From Nanobdellati archaeon (lineage in GTDB: Archaea; B1Sed10-29; WALL01), in contig WALL01000019.1 of the NCBI GenBank assembly GCA_015522845.1, positions 1 to 47,767 of the forward strand: a stretch of DNA of 47,767 bases, read 5' to 3'. Shown one piece after another: positions 17,168 through 25,590 of this stretch. The notes below the pieces were generated by a model, which was not told where the DNA came from, did no database searches, and saw nothing but the letters and a program-made list of their open reading frames with translations. Positions within the stretch are counted from its first letter, which is position 1. Each line of letters opens with the position of its first letter. Made by a program: the position numbers and the translations under genes.

Positions 17168-17175
17168 GGCAGGGG

Positions 17176-17183
17176 TATTTAAA
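17176..17183 (-). promoter_or_regulatory. TATA-like TATTTAAA for gene 16497-17150
   Basis: Box centre is about 29-30 nt from start 17150. Confidence 0.4.
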
Positions 17184-17189
17184 GGTAAC

Positions 17190-18206
17190 TTGATGGATTT
17201 CGAGCTGCCAGCCCTCCCAAAGGCGTTTGTCATAAACTCTGCCCTCATAGCAGCAATACTGCTTGGTGCGCTTATAGCAATAGTCGGCTTTTGGACATTC
17301 CTGCCCCTATTTATGGGGCCGGTACCTGCAAAGCAGGCATCATCACTGGCAGTCAACTTCAGCTATTTGCATATTGTATCCCCGGGAATGGCCTGGGATA
17401 TTAATGGGACTGCAACTAACCCAAGCAACAAGACACTAGCTGACATCAAGGTTAGAGTGTTCTCTGATGGCAATGTTGCAGGATATGAGCTGGCAATACC
17501 CACCCTTGCAGCCGGTGAGAGCAAAAGCTTCACGCTTCATCCAAGGATAAAGCCAAGCGCTGAGCTAGGGAATTTCACTGTACAAACAGTGGTTTCCGTG
17601 CCAAATACATTCCCAGCTGAATATGAGCTTGGCATAAGCATTGTTAGGGAAACAGGGCTACAGCAGTATGCGGCAACCACTGCTGCAGGCTTGGCAGCCC
17701 TTTTCAAGCAGAGAGTTGCTGCAGGCGTAAAATACACTATTACAAAGGACGATGGCACTGCTGCAATCACCTACCTAAAGGGGGATAAGTCCAAGGTGGT
17801 TAGCATTGGCGGCGCAACGGAAACCACCCTCTTGTTTGATGGCGTGAACAGCTATATGATTGTGAACGGGACCGCTTACAATATGGGCCCAGGCGGGGAT
17901 AGCACCAACTACTTGGAGATAATGCCCGGTGCAAAGGTGGTTGGCAGTGAGATGGTTAATGGCGAAGATGCTGCGGTTATAGAGCAGAAGTGGGAGGACA
18001 AGAGCCTTAATGGGACATCAGACAATATGCTCACAAAGCTATGGTATTGGAAGGATGAGGGAATGCCGCTAAAGGCTGAGCTTTACCGCAATGGGAAGCT
18101 TGACTACACAATAGCAGTCAGCAACATTGTGTTTGGGGGAGTGACAGACAGTGACTTTAAGCTTCCGGCAGGCATGGAAGTAAAGCCATTTATACAGCTT
18201 AGTTAG
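17190..18206 (+). CDS. N-terminally anchored extracytoplasmic protein, unknown function
   Basis: 338-aa ORF (TTG 17190 or ATG 17193). TM ALIAAILLGALIAIVGFWTFLPLF followed by a beta-rich domain with N-x-S/T sequons. Confidence 0.55.
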   Translation: MMDFELPALPKAFVINSALIAAILLGALIAIVGFWTFLPLFMGPVPAKQASSLAVNFSYLHIVSPGMAWDINGTATNPSNKTLADIKVRVFSDGNVAGYELAIPTLAAGESKSFTLHPRIKPSAELGNFTVQTVVSVPNTFPAEYELGISIVRETGLQQYAATTAAGLAALFKQRVAAGVKYTITKDDGTAAITYLKGDKSKVVSIGGATETTLLFDGVNSYMIVNGTAYNMGPGGDSTNYLEIMPGAKVVGSEMVNGEDAAVIEQKWEDKSLNGTSDNMLTKLWYWKDEGMPLKAELYRNGKLDYTIAVSNIVFGGVTDSDFKLPAGMEVKPFIQLS

Positions 18207-18233
18207 CTAATTGACGAATATGCTTACGATAAT

Positions 18234-18241
18234 TATTTAAA
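18234..18241 (+). promoter_or_regulatory. TATA box TATTTAAA for the HTH / mevalonate-entry operon
   Basis: Box centre is about 28-29 nt upstream of ATG 18266. Confidence 0.45.
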
Positions 18242-18265
18242 TGCCTGCTGGCTAAAGCTACCGCT

Positions 18266-18946
18266 ATGGATGCGCTGAAGCAGAAGATTGCAGGGGAAAT
18301 TACACTTGCAAAAAACCCAGGTGCAGCCATAAAGAAGTGGCGCGAGATATTTGGGATTACCCAAACCGAGCTTGCAGACTACCTAAGCATAACGCCATCA
18401 ACCATTAGCGACTATGAGAGCAACCGCAGGAAGAGCCCAGGAATTGGGATAGTGCAAAGGTTCATTAGTGCGCTTATTGACATCGATGCAAAAAACGGCG
18501 GATGGGTTGCAAAGAGGCTGTCTGGAAAGGGGCGGCCGGACATATACGAGGTATTAGACTTCAGCAAGCCGGTCTCAGCAAAGCGCCTTGTTGAGGAGAT
18601 CCATGGGAAAGTAATAACAAACAAGCGCAGGCTGCCAGAGCTGCAGCTTGCAGGATACTCGCTAGTTGACTCACTGCGGGCAATACTCGAGCTGCCTGTA
18701 GACAACTTCTCAAACATATACGGCCCAACAAGCAACAGGGCCATCATATTCACCCAGGTGGGGGTTGGAAGGTCCCCAATGGTGGCAATCCGCGTAACAA
18801 ACCCAAAGCCCTCCCTTGTTGTCTACCAAGGCATGAGCAAGATGGATGATCCAATCGCAAAGAAAATAAGCGAAGTTGAGAAAATACCAGTTGTAATTAC
18901 AAGCATGGGGCTAGAAGAGATAAAAGAAAGGCTAGGAAGGCTATGA
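18266..18946 (+). CDS. XRE-family helix-turn-helix transcriptional regulator with C-terminal uncharacterised domain
   Basis: 226-aa ORF. HTH_3-like [31 protein letters not shown]. Its stop lies 1 nt before the HMG-CoA synthase ATG. Confidence 0.7.
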   Translation: MDALKQKIAGEITLAKNPGAAIKKWREIFGITQTELADYLSITPSTISDYESNRRKSPGIGIVQRFISALIDIDAKNGGWVAKRLSGKGRPDIYEVLDFSKPVSAKRLVEEIHGKVITNKRRLPELQLAGYSLVDSLRAILELPVDNFSNIYGPTSNRAIIFTQVGVGRSPMVAIRVTNPKPSLVVYQGMSKMDDPIAKKISEVEKIPVVITSMGLEEIKERLGRL

Positions 18947-18947
18947 T

Positions 18948-19976
18948 ATGGCAGGAATAGTTGGTTATGGGGCTTACATCCCCCGCTACCGCATTAAGGT
19001 TGAGGAGATAGCAAAGGTATGGGGAAAGGATGCTAACTCAATAAAAAAAGGGCTGAACATACAAGAGAAAAGCGTGCCAGCCGTTGATGAAGACACGATA
19101 ACCATTGCAACGGAAGCTGCACGGAATGCGCTTAGCTACGCGGGAATAGACCCGCAGGGCATTGGTGCAGTCTATGTTGGCAGCGAATCGCATCCTTATG
19201 CCGTCAAGCCGTCTGCTGCGACAGTTGCAGAGGCAATTAATGCAACACCAGTCATGACTGCAGCCGACTATGAGTTTGCATGCAAGGCTGGCACAGCAGC
19301 CATACAAACATGCATGGCAATGGTTGACTCAAACATGGTTAGGTATGGCCTTGCAATTGGGGCAGACACAAGCCAAGGCAGGCCGGGGGATGCCCTTGAA
19401 TACACGGCGGCTGCTGGCGGCGCTGCTTACATCATAGGCAAAGAGGACACAATTGCTAACATAGAGGCAACTTATTCGTTTACCACAGACACACCAGACT
19501 TTTGGAGGAGAGCGGGCCAAGAATACCCACGGCACGGCGCGCGCTTCACGGGGGAGCCTGCATACTTTAAGCATGTTAGAAGCGCTACAGAAGGGCTTTT
19601 GGAAAAGGGTGGCTACAGCCTTGATGAGTTTGACTACGTTGTTTTCCACCAGCCAAATGGGAAATTCCCAATTAGGCTGGCAAAGAGGATGGGGATACCC
19701 CTTGAAAAGCTCAAGGTAGGGCTGCTCACGCCAATGATTGGAAATACTTACTCCGGCGCAACCCCCCTAGGGCTTGCTGCAGTGCTTGACATAGCAAAGC
19801 CAGGCGAGATGATACTTGCAACCTCGTTTGGGTCAGGTGCTGGAAGCGACTCCTTTGCAATCAGGGTAACTGAGAACATACACAAGAATGAGAGGCCGGT
19901 TCAGATGTATGCCAGCCGCACAAAATACCTTAGCTATGGCGAATATGCCAAGCACCGGAGAAAAATAAGGATGTGA
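18948..19976 (+). CDS. Hydroxymethylglutaryl-CoA synthase (archaeal type)
   Basis: 342-aa [19 protein letters not shown].., catalytic-Cys region [27 protein letters not shown]. Followed by thiolase and DUF35 as in the known archaeal complex. Confidence 0.9.
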   Translation: MAGIVGYGAYIPRYRIKVEEIAKVWGKDANSIKKGLNIQEKSVPAVDEDTITIATEAARNALSYAGIDPQGIGAVYVGSESHPYAVKPSAATVAEAINATPVMTAADYEFACKAGTAAIQTCMAMVDSNMVRYGLAIGADTSQGRPGDALEYTAAAGGAAYIIGKEDTIANIEATYSFTTDTPDFWRRAGQEYPRHGARFTGEPAYFKHVRSATEGLLEKGGYSLDEFDYVVFHQPNGKFPIRLAKRMGIPLEKLKVGLLTPMIGNTYSGATPLGLAAVLDIAKPGEMILATSFGSGAGSDSFAIRVTENIHKNERPVQMYASRTKYLSYGEYAKHRRKIRM

Positions 19977-19982
19977 TGCCAG

Positions 19983-21149
19983 ATGGGAAATGTAGCAGTT
20001 ATAGGCGCAGGGATGACAAAGTTTGGTGAGCTTTGGGACAAGGGGCTAGAGGACTTAATAGCAGAGGCAGGCGCAAAGGCAGTTAACGATGCAAATATTG
20101 ATGGGGAAGATATCCAGGCAATTTACGGTGGCAATATGAGCGCAGGCAGGTTCATAGGGCAGGAGCATATTGGTGCGCTAATTGCTGATGCCATTGGGCT
20201 TACACCAATACCCTCAACGAGGGTTGAGGCAGCATGCGCATCTGGCGGGCTAGCGCTCCGGGAGGCATACCTTGCAGTTAAGTCTGGGACTTATGATGTC
20301 GTTGTCGCCGGTGGCGTAGAAAAGATGACTGATGTTTATAGCGAGCAAGTCACCCAGACGCTAGGCGGTGCTGGCGACCAGCAGTGGGAAGTATTTAATG
20401 GGGTAACATTCCCCTCACTTTATGCAATGATGGCCAGAAGGCATATGCATGATTATGGGACAACCGAGGAGCAGATGGCAGCAGTTGCTGTGAAGAACCA
20501 TTCAAACGGATCAAAGAACCCATATGCACAATTCCCCTTTAAGGTAACACTTGAACAGGTAATGAGCTCAAGCAAGGTTGCCGAGCCCCTAAAGCTCTTA
20601 GACTGCTCTCCAATCACAGATGGGGCAGCTGTAGTCATACTTGCCAGTGAAAAGTTTGCAAGGAAGCTCCCGCAAGAGCCAATTTGGATAATTGGCAGCG
20701 CACATACGACTGACACGCTAGCGCTCCACGACCGGAAGAGCCTTACTTCAATTGAGGCAACAAGGCTAGCTGGCCGGCAGGCAATGAAGCAAGCAGGCGT
20801 AACGCCAAAGGACATAGACCTTGCAGAAGTGCATGACTGCTTTACTATTGCCGAGATAATGGCTATGGAAGACTTGGGCTTTTCAAAGAGGGGCGAAGGC
20901 GGGAAGGACGTCGAGAGCGGGAAGTTTAACTTAAATTCTGAGCTTTCAGTTAACACCTCTGGTGGCCTTAAGTCCTGTGGTCACCCGGTTGGGGCAACAG
21001 GGATAAAACAAGCTGTTGAGGTAACATGGCAGCTCCGTGGCGAAGCTGGGAAAAGGCAGGTTGATGATGCTAAGGTTGGCCTTACCCACAATGTTGGGGG
21101 GTCCGGCGCAACGGCTGTAGTGCATATATTCTCAAAGGAGGTGGACTGA
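19983..21149 (+). CDS. Acetyl-CoA C-acetyltransferase (thiolase, archaeal type)
   Basis: 388-aa ORF. VAVIGAGMTKFGE, active-site VEAACASGG, and C-terminal GHPVGATG and NVGGSGAT. Confidence 0.9.
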   Translation: MGNVAVIGAGMTKFGELWDKGLEDLIAEAGAKAVNDANIDGEDIQAIYGGNMSAGRFIGQEHIGALIADAIGLTPIPSTRVEAACASGGLALREAYLAVKSGTYDVVVAGGVEKMTDVYSEQVTQTLGGAGDQQWEVFNGVTFPSLYAMMARRHMHDYGTTEEQMAAVAVKNHSNGSKNPYAQFPFKVTLEQVMSSSKVAEPLKLLDCSPITDGAAVVILASEKFARKLPQEPIWIIGSAHTTDTLALHDRKSLTSIEATRLAGRQAMKQAGVTPKDIDLAEVHDCFTIAEIMAMEDLGFSKRGEGGKDVESGKFNLNSELSVNTSGGLKSCGHPVGATGIKQAVEVTWQLRGEAGKRQVDDAKVGLTHNVGGSGATAVVHIFSKEVD

Positions 21150-21568
21150 TGCCACACAGGAAAAGCTTAGCGTCCATATGGAGGCGGATACCTCAGAGGT
21201 ACCGGGGGGAAAGCACAATGTGCTTAAACTGCGGCAGGCACTTCTTCCCCCCACGGCACTTTTGCCCCTATTGCAGGAGAAAGAGCAAGATTGCCCCATA
21301 CACCATATCCGGGCGCGGCAAGGTCATGTCATACACAGTTGTCCATGTTGCACAAGAGGGGTTTGAGCGGCAAGTCCCCTATGTCATTGCAATTGTCGAG
21401 CTGGAAGAAGGGCCAAAGCTGACGGCACAGCTCTGTGCTGTCGAGCCAGAGGACGTCAGGATAGGGATGCCAGTCGAGATGTCATTCAGGCGCATAAGCG
21501 AGGACAAGGACGACGGGATAATCCACTATGGCTACAAGTTCTCGCCTATACTCTCACCGAAAAAGTAA
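21149..21568 (+). CDS. DUF35 Zn-ribbon/OB-fold protein (scaffold of the thiolase/HMG-CoA synthase complex)
   Basis: 139-aa ORF. CLNCG..CPYC zinc ribbon followed by an OB-like segment. Strong SD AGGAGGTGG. The start shares 1 nt with the thiolase stop. Confidence 0.85.
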   Translation: MPHRKSLASIWRRIPQRYRGESTMCLNCGRHFFPPRHFCPYCRRKSKIAPYTISGRGKVMSYTVVHVAQEGFERQVPYVIAIVELEEGPKLTAQLCAVEPEDVRIGMPVEMSFRRISEDKDDGIIHYGYKFSPILSPKK

Positions 21569-22253
21569 CCCTGTAGCGCCTTTTGCCAGATGCATGGTCA
21601 ACGCCAGTAAGGGTATAAGACTCCTTTACCTTTGGGTGATAAGTTGCCTGCATGTGCTGCAAGGCGATTTTTGCAACACGCAATGAGCCAAAAAAGACAT
21701 CAATGCCGTCTTTCACGAATGAATAGCGGAAGACTTCAGCATTCCTGTCCTTTTTTGTTAGGGAGCGGGACTCATTCCTGAGGAATACAAGCACACTTTT
21801 CATCCTGCCTAAGTCCGCTTCCTCCCCTGCAGGCCTTAGCTGCACTAGCACTTCATAGTAGTTCCCGCTCTTACGGGAGCAGACATCACATATGCCCTTT
21901 TGGTAAGATACCTTCACCTCCCTTGTAAGTGCTACTGGCTCACTGCCAAGCCTTCCAGTAGCAGCCACCTCGTATATGTCGCCCTTTGTGCCGCTCTCCA
22001 GGAGCCTCACAGAAACCTTTGGCTCCTTAAGCTGTGTCTTTACCTTAGATGCAACTATCTTCCCCACAGACTCAGGGCTGCCGGATACCCACTCCCCCCT
22101 TGAAAGCACACGAAGGCATTTCTGGCAGCGCTTTAATGTTATGTCATCAGCCTGCAGGAGCTTAGGGTGGTCTTTAATGTAGCAGTCAATGCAAAACCCA
22201 CGGTAAAATGGCTTGTTGGTGGCTCCGCACTTTGGGCAGAACTTCCCCTTCAA
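21546..22253 (-). CDS. NMD3-family protein (archaeal 60S export adaptor homologue)
   Basis: 235-aa ORF with N-terminal CPKCG..CIDC..CQKC cysteine clusters followed by an NMD3-like body. Confidence 0.75.
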   Translation of the reverse strand: MKGKFCPKCGATNKPFYRGFCIDCYIKDHPKLLQADDITLKRCQKCLRVLSRGEWVSGSPESVGKIVASKVKTQLKEPKVSVRLLESGTKGDIYEVAATGRLGSEPVALTREVKVSYQKGICDVCSRKSGNYYEVLVQLRPAGEEADLGRMKSVLVFLRNESRSLTKKDRNAEVFRYSFVKDGIDVFFGSLRVAKIALQHMQATYHPKVKESYTLTGVDHASGKRRYRVTFSVRV

Positions 22254-23533
22254 AGGTAGTCCTCCAGCTTGTACTTTTCCCCAAGCTTTGGCGCAAAAGA
22301 ATAGCAGCCAAGCTCATCTTCTGCCCACTGGCGGAGTGCTTCGCACTGCTCCTCTTCCCCATGGTTGACGAAGAGTACAGGGGGGTCTGCTGCCTTAATG
22401 AACTTGTGGAGGCCTTCCTTGCCGGCATGGGCCGAGAAGTCGAAATGCCGTATGTCCAAGCCGGAGCAGTTTAGCTGGCGGTCGTCAGCTTCAAACTTGC
22501 CCTCATCAAGCAGCCGCCTGCCGGGCGTCCCTGGCACCTGAAAGCCAGTGAAGAAGACTGCAGAGTGGTCAACATTTGCAATGTCCTGTATGTAGCGCAC
22601 TGCTGGCCCGCCAGAAAGCATGCCTGCAGTTGAGACAACCACAGAGGGCTCGTTGAACACCTCGTCCCTTTGTGCAGGTGACACTATCCAATTAGCCCAT
22701 TTCATTGCCTCATAAAACTCATCATAGTCCCTTATCAGCTCTGGGAAGTCCATGTATATCTCGCTGACCTTGCGCGACATGCCATCCATATAAACTGGGG
22801 CATTTATCTTGTGCGCATAAAGCATTGTAATTATCTCTTGGGTGCGCCCAACTGCAAAGCATGGCAGCAGCACTGACCCGCCGTTTTCAGTAACCTCGCG
22901 TATTGCCCCAATAAATTCATTCTCAAGCTCCTTTCTTGGCGGGTGAGAGCGGTCACCATAAGTCGCCTCAACTACTAGCGCATCCACTGCCCTTGGTGGC
23001 TTTGCACCCTTATGCAGGCGCGTCTCCTCAAGCTTAAAGTCCCCGCTATAAAGTATTTTCTTGCCATCTGCATTTACCTCAAGTGACGATGCACCTAATA
23101 TGTGGCCAGCATCGCGGGCGGTAACTGAAATATCTGGGGCAGCAAAGTATTCCTTGCCATAGCTTATGCCATCAGTATTCCTAAGCATCCTCTTAAGCTG
23201 GCTTGGCGTGTATATGGGCTGCTTCTTTAGCTTTGCAATCTTGATTGAGTCCTGCAGGAGGAGCTGCATTATCGGCACGGTGGCTGTAGGTGTGAGGACG
23301 CGTGGCTCAGCTGCCTGGAACAAGTTTGGTATTGCCCCGCTGTGGTCCAAGTGGGCATGCGAGAGGAGGACAGCATCAATAAACCCGTGCACTGGCAGCG
23401 GGTATTTTGGATACGGGGATTCCTCATCCGACATCTTAACGCCATAGTCAAACAGCACTTTGCTTTTTTTTGTCTCAAGAAGGACGCCACTCCTCCCAAC
23501 CTCACGGGCAGCGCCAAGAAATGATAACTGCAT
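22250..23533 (-). CDS. Metallo-beta-lactamase / beta-CASP ribonuclease, aCPSF2-like (no KH domains)
   Basis: 427-aa ORF. HAHLDHSG (HxHxDH), beta-CASP region, C-terminal SAHAG. Overlaps NMD3 by 4 nt. Confidence 0.85.
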   Translation of the reverse strand: MQLSFLGAAREVGRSGVLLETKKSKVLFDYGVKMSDEESPYPKYPLPVHGFIDAVLLSHAHLDHSGAIPNLFQAAEPRVLTPTATVPIMQLLLQDSIKIAKLKKQPIYTPSQLKRMLRNTDGISYGKEYFAAPDISVTARDAGHILGASSLEVNADGKKILYSGDFKLEETRLHKGAKPPRAVDALVVEATYGDRSHPPRKELENEFIGAIREVTENGGSVLLPCFAVGRTQEIITMLYAHKINAPVYMDGMSRKVSEIYMDFPELIRDYDEFYEAMKWANWIVSPAQRDEVFNEPSVVVSTAGMLSGGPAVRYIQDIANVDHSAVFFTGFQVPGTPGRRLLDEGKFEADDRQLNCSGLDIRHFDFSAHAGKEGLHKFIKAADPPVLFVNHGEEEQCEALRQWAEDELGCYSFAPKLGEKYKLEDYL

Positions 23534-23556
23534 GCTAGCTAGTTAAGCTGTGAAGC

Positions 23557-23564
23557 TTTATAAA
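23557..23564. promoter_or_regulatory. Palindromic TATA box TTTATAAA shared by divergent starts 23533 and 23588
   Basis: The 54-nt spacer holds one box. Its centre is about 27-28 nt from each start codon. Confidence 0.55.
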
Positions 23565-23587
23565 CATAAGGCACCTCTTATCCTGCG

Positions 23588-24217
23588 ATGCTAACAATGC
23601 AAGAGGGCTTCAAGCTGCTTAAGAAATATGGGATACCAGTTGCAAAGTTCTCCGTTGCAGCTGACATTAGCTCTGCAGCCAAGGCAGCAAAGCGGATAGG
23701 GTATCCTGTCACAGTAAAGCTTGACTCCCCGGATATTGTCCATAAGACGGATAAAGGGGCAGTTGCAGTTGGGCTTAAGGATGAAAAAGAGCTGCGGGAT
23801 GCATTAAAAAAGATGCTCAAGAGGGCAGGCACTGCAGAAATAAGCGGGATTATTGTGCAAGAGAGCTGCAGCGGCAAAGAGATAATCATAGGGGGGGCAG
23901 ATGATCCGCAGTTTGGTGATATTGTCATGTTTGGGCTTGGCGGCATATTTGTTGAAGTGCTCAAGGACGTATCCCTAAGGGTTACACCAATTGGGAAAAG
24001 GGATGCAGCAAAGATGGTCCGGGAGATACGCGGCTACCCGCTGCTTGCAGGGGCAAGAGGGGAAAAGCCAGCTAACATCAGCTCAATTGTGGACGCCATA
24101 GTGAAGGCATCCAAGATGGTTGAGCAGGAGCAACAGATAAAAGAGCTTGACATAAACCCTCTCTTTGTCAATGAGAAGGGTGCGAAAGCTGTTGATGTGA
24201 GGGTGATAACATACTAA
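23588..24217 (+). CDS. acdB: ADP-forming acetyl/acyl-CoA synthetase, beta subunit (ATP-grasp)
   Basis: 209-aa ORF. EGFKLLKKYGIPVAKF, GYPVTVKLDSPDIVHKTDKGAV, ELDINPLFV. Confidence 0.85.
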   Translation: MLTMQEGFKLLKKYGIPVAKFSVAADISSAAKAAKRIGYPVTVKLDSPDIVHKTDKGAVAVGLKDEKELRDALKKMLKRAGTAEISGIIVQESCSGKEIIIGGADDPQFGDIVMFGLGGIFVEVLKDVSLRVTPIGKRDAAKMVREIRGYPLLAGARGEKPANISSIVDAIVKASKMVEQEQQIKELDINPLFVNEKGAKAVDVRVITY

Positions 24218-24291
24218 GCCTTAGGCCGTTATTCAACCCAAAAAGCGTTGCAATTGTTGGGGCATCTGCAGACCCGTCAAAGATAGGGCAC

Positions 24292-25590
24292 GTGATATTG
24301 GATGGCTTCTTAAGGGAGTTTAAGGGCAGCATATTCCCTGTAAACCCCCATGATAATAGCATACTTGGGCTGAAGTGCTATGGGCGGGTTACTGACATAC
24401 CTGCTGAAGTGGATATGGCAACGATTGCTGTGCCTGCAAAGTATGTGCCCGAAGTGATGGAGGACTGCGGGAAAAAAGGAATAAAAGCAGCAATAATAAT
24501 ATCCGGCGGGTTCAGTGAGGTTGGGCACCCCGAGCTTGAAGAGCAGGTCAGGGAAATCGCAGGGAGGTATGGGACTGCAGTCATAGGCCCAAACTGCATG
24601 GGGATATTTGACTCAAGGAGCGGTGTTGACACCCTCTTTAACCCCCGCTACAAGATGGAGCGGCCTCGGAAAGGGGGGATATCCTTCATAAGCCAGTCAG
24701 GGGCAGTTGGCTCAGTTGTTATGGATTGGGCCGGTGCAAAGCGCTTTGGGGTTAGCAAGTTCATATCGTATGGCAATGCACTTAATGTTGATGAGGTAGA
24801 CCTGCTTAGGTACTTAGGCAATGACAAGAGCACAGATGTAATCTGCATGTATATAGAAGGAACAAGGCGCGGCAAGGAGCTGATCAAGGTTGCAAGGGAG
24901 GTCAGCCGCAAGAAGCCAATAGTTGCAATAAAGGCTGGCAAGACCAAAGAAGGGGCGAAGGCAGTGTCATCACACACTGGCTCGCTGGCTGGCTCCACAC
25001 GGGTTTGGGAAGCTGCGTTCAAGCAAGCAGGCATTGTTGAGGCAGATGGCATAGAGCAGATGTTTAATTATGCGCGCGTCTTTGCTGAACAGCCGCTGCC
25101 GAGGGGGGATAAGGTTGGCATAATAACCAACGGTGGCGGGTTTGGCGTGCTTGCAACCGATGCTTGTGTAAAGAATGGGCTTAGGGTGCTGCCCCTAAGC
25201 AAGAAGACTGCGGGAGAGATACAAAAAAGTGTCCCGTCGTATGCTGTGGTGAAAAACCCTGTTGACCTCGTTGGGGACGCAGATGTGGGCAGGTATGAGG
25301 TTGCAATCAACAGCATGATGAAGGATAAGGCCATTGACTCGCTGCTCTGCATTGTGCTTTTCCAGACAGCAAACATTGACTCAAATGTCATTGAGGTTAT
25401 TTCTGAGGCAAGCGACCGCCACAAAAAGCCAATTGTATGCTGTGCGGCAGGGGGGTCATATTCTGAGCTGCACATGCACCTTTTGGAAGAGGCGGGTGTC
25501 CCAACATTTGAGAGCTTAAAAGATGCCGCTGATGCGCTGGCTGCGCTGACTTATTACGAAGACTTCAAGAGGGGTACTCCCCAAAAATAA
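24292..25590 (+). CDS. acdA: ADP-forming acetyl/acyl-CoA synthetase, alpha subunit (CoA-binding and phosphohistidine domains). Coordinates are the minimal canonical-start ORF; homology clearly extends upstream to at least 24217.
   Basis: GPNCMG, SQSGAVG and phosphohistidine loop SSHTGSLAGS are present. The same frame upstream encodes SLRPLFNPKSVAIVGASADPSKIGH with no ATG/GTG/TTG (see finding). Confidence 0.85.
   Translation: MILDGFLREFKGSIFPVNPHDNSILGLKCYGRVTDIPAEVDMATIAVPAKYVPEVMEDCGKKGIKAAIIISGGFSEVGHPELEEQVREIAGRYGTAVIGPNCMGIFDSRSGVDTLFNPRYKMERPRKGGISFISQSGAVGSVVMDWAGAKRFGVSKFISYGNALNVDEVDLLRYLGNDKSTDVICMYIEGTRRGKELIKVAREVSRKKPIVAIKAGKTKEGAKAVSSHTGSLAGSTRVWEAAFKQAGIVEADGIEQMFNYARVFAEQPLPRGDKVGIITNGGGFGVLATDACVKNGLRVLPLSKKTAGEIQKSVPSYAVVKNPVDLVGDADVGRYEVAINSMMKDKAIDSLLCIVLFQTANIDSNVIEVISEASDRHKKPIVCCAAGGSYSELHMHLLEEAGVPTFESLKDAADALAALTYYEDFKRGTPQK

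Noticed and set aside
24196-24217. Programmed -1 ribosomal frameshift joining acdB to acdA.
   Set aside because: There is no slippery heptamer of the X XXY YYZ type in 24196-24217, and the beta subunit looks complete at its natural C-terminus (..DVRVITY*). It is retained only as a minor alternative in the AUA-start finding.
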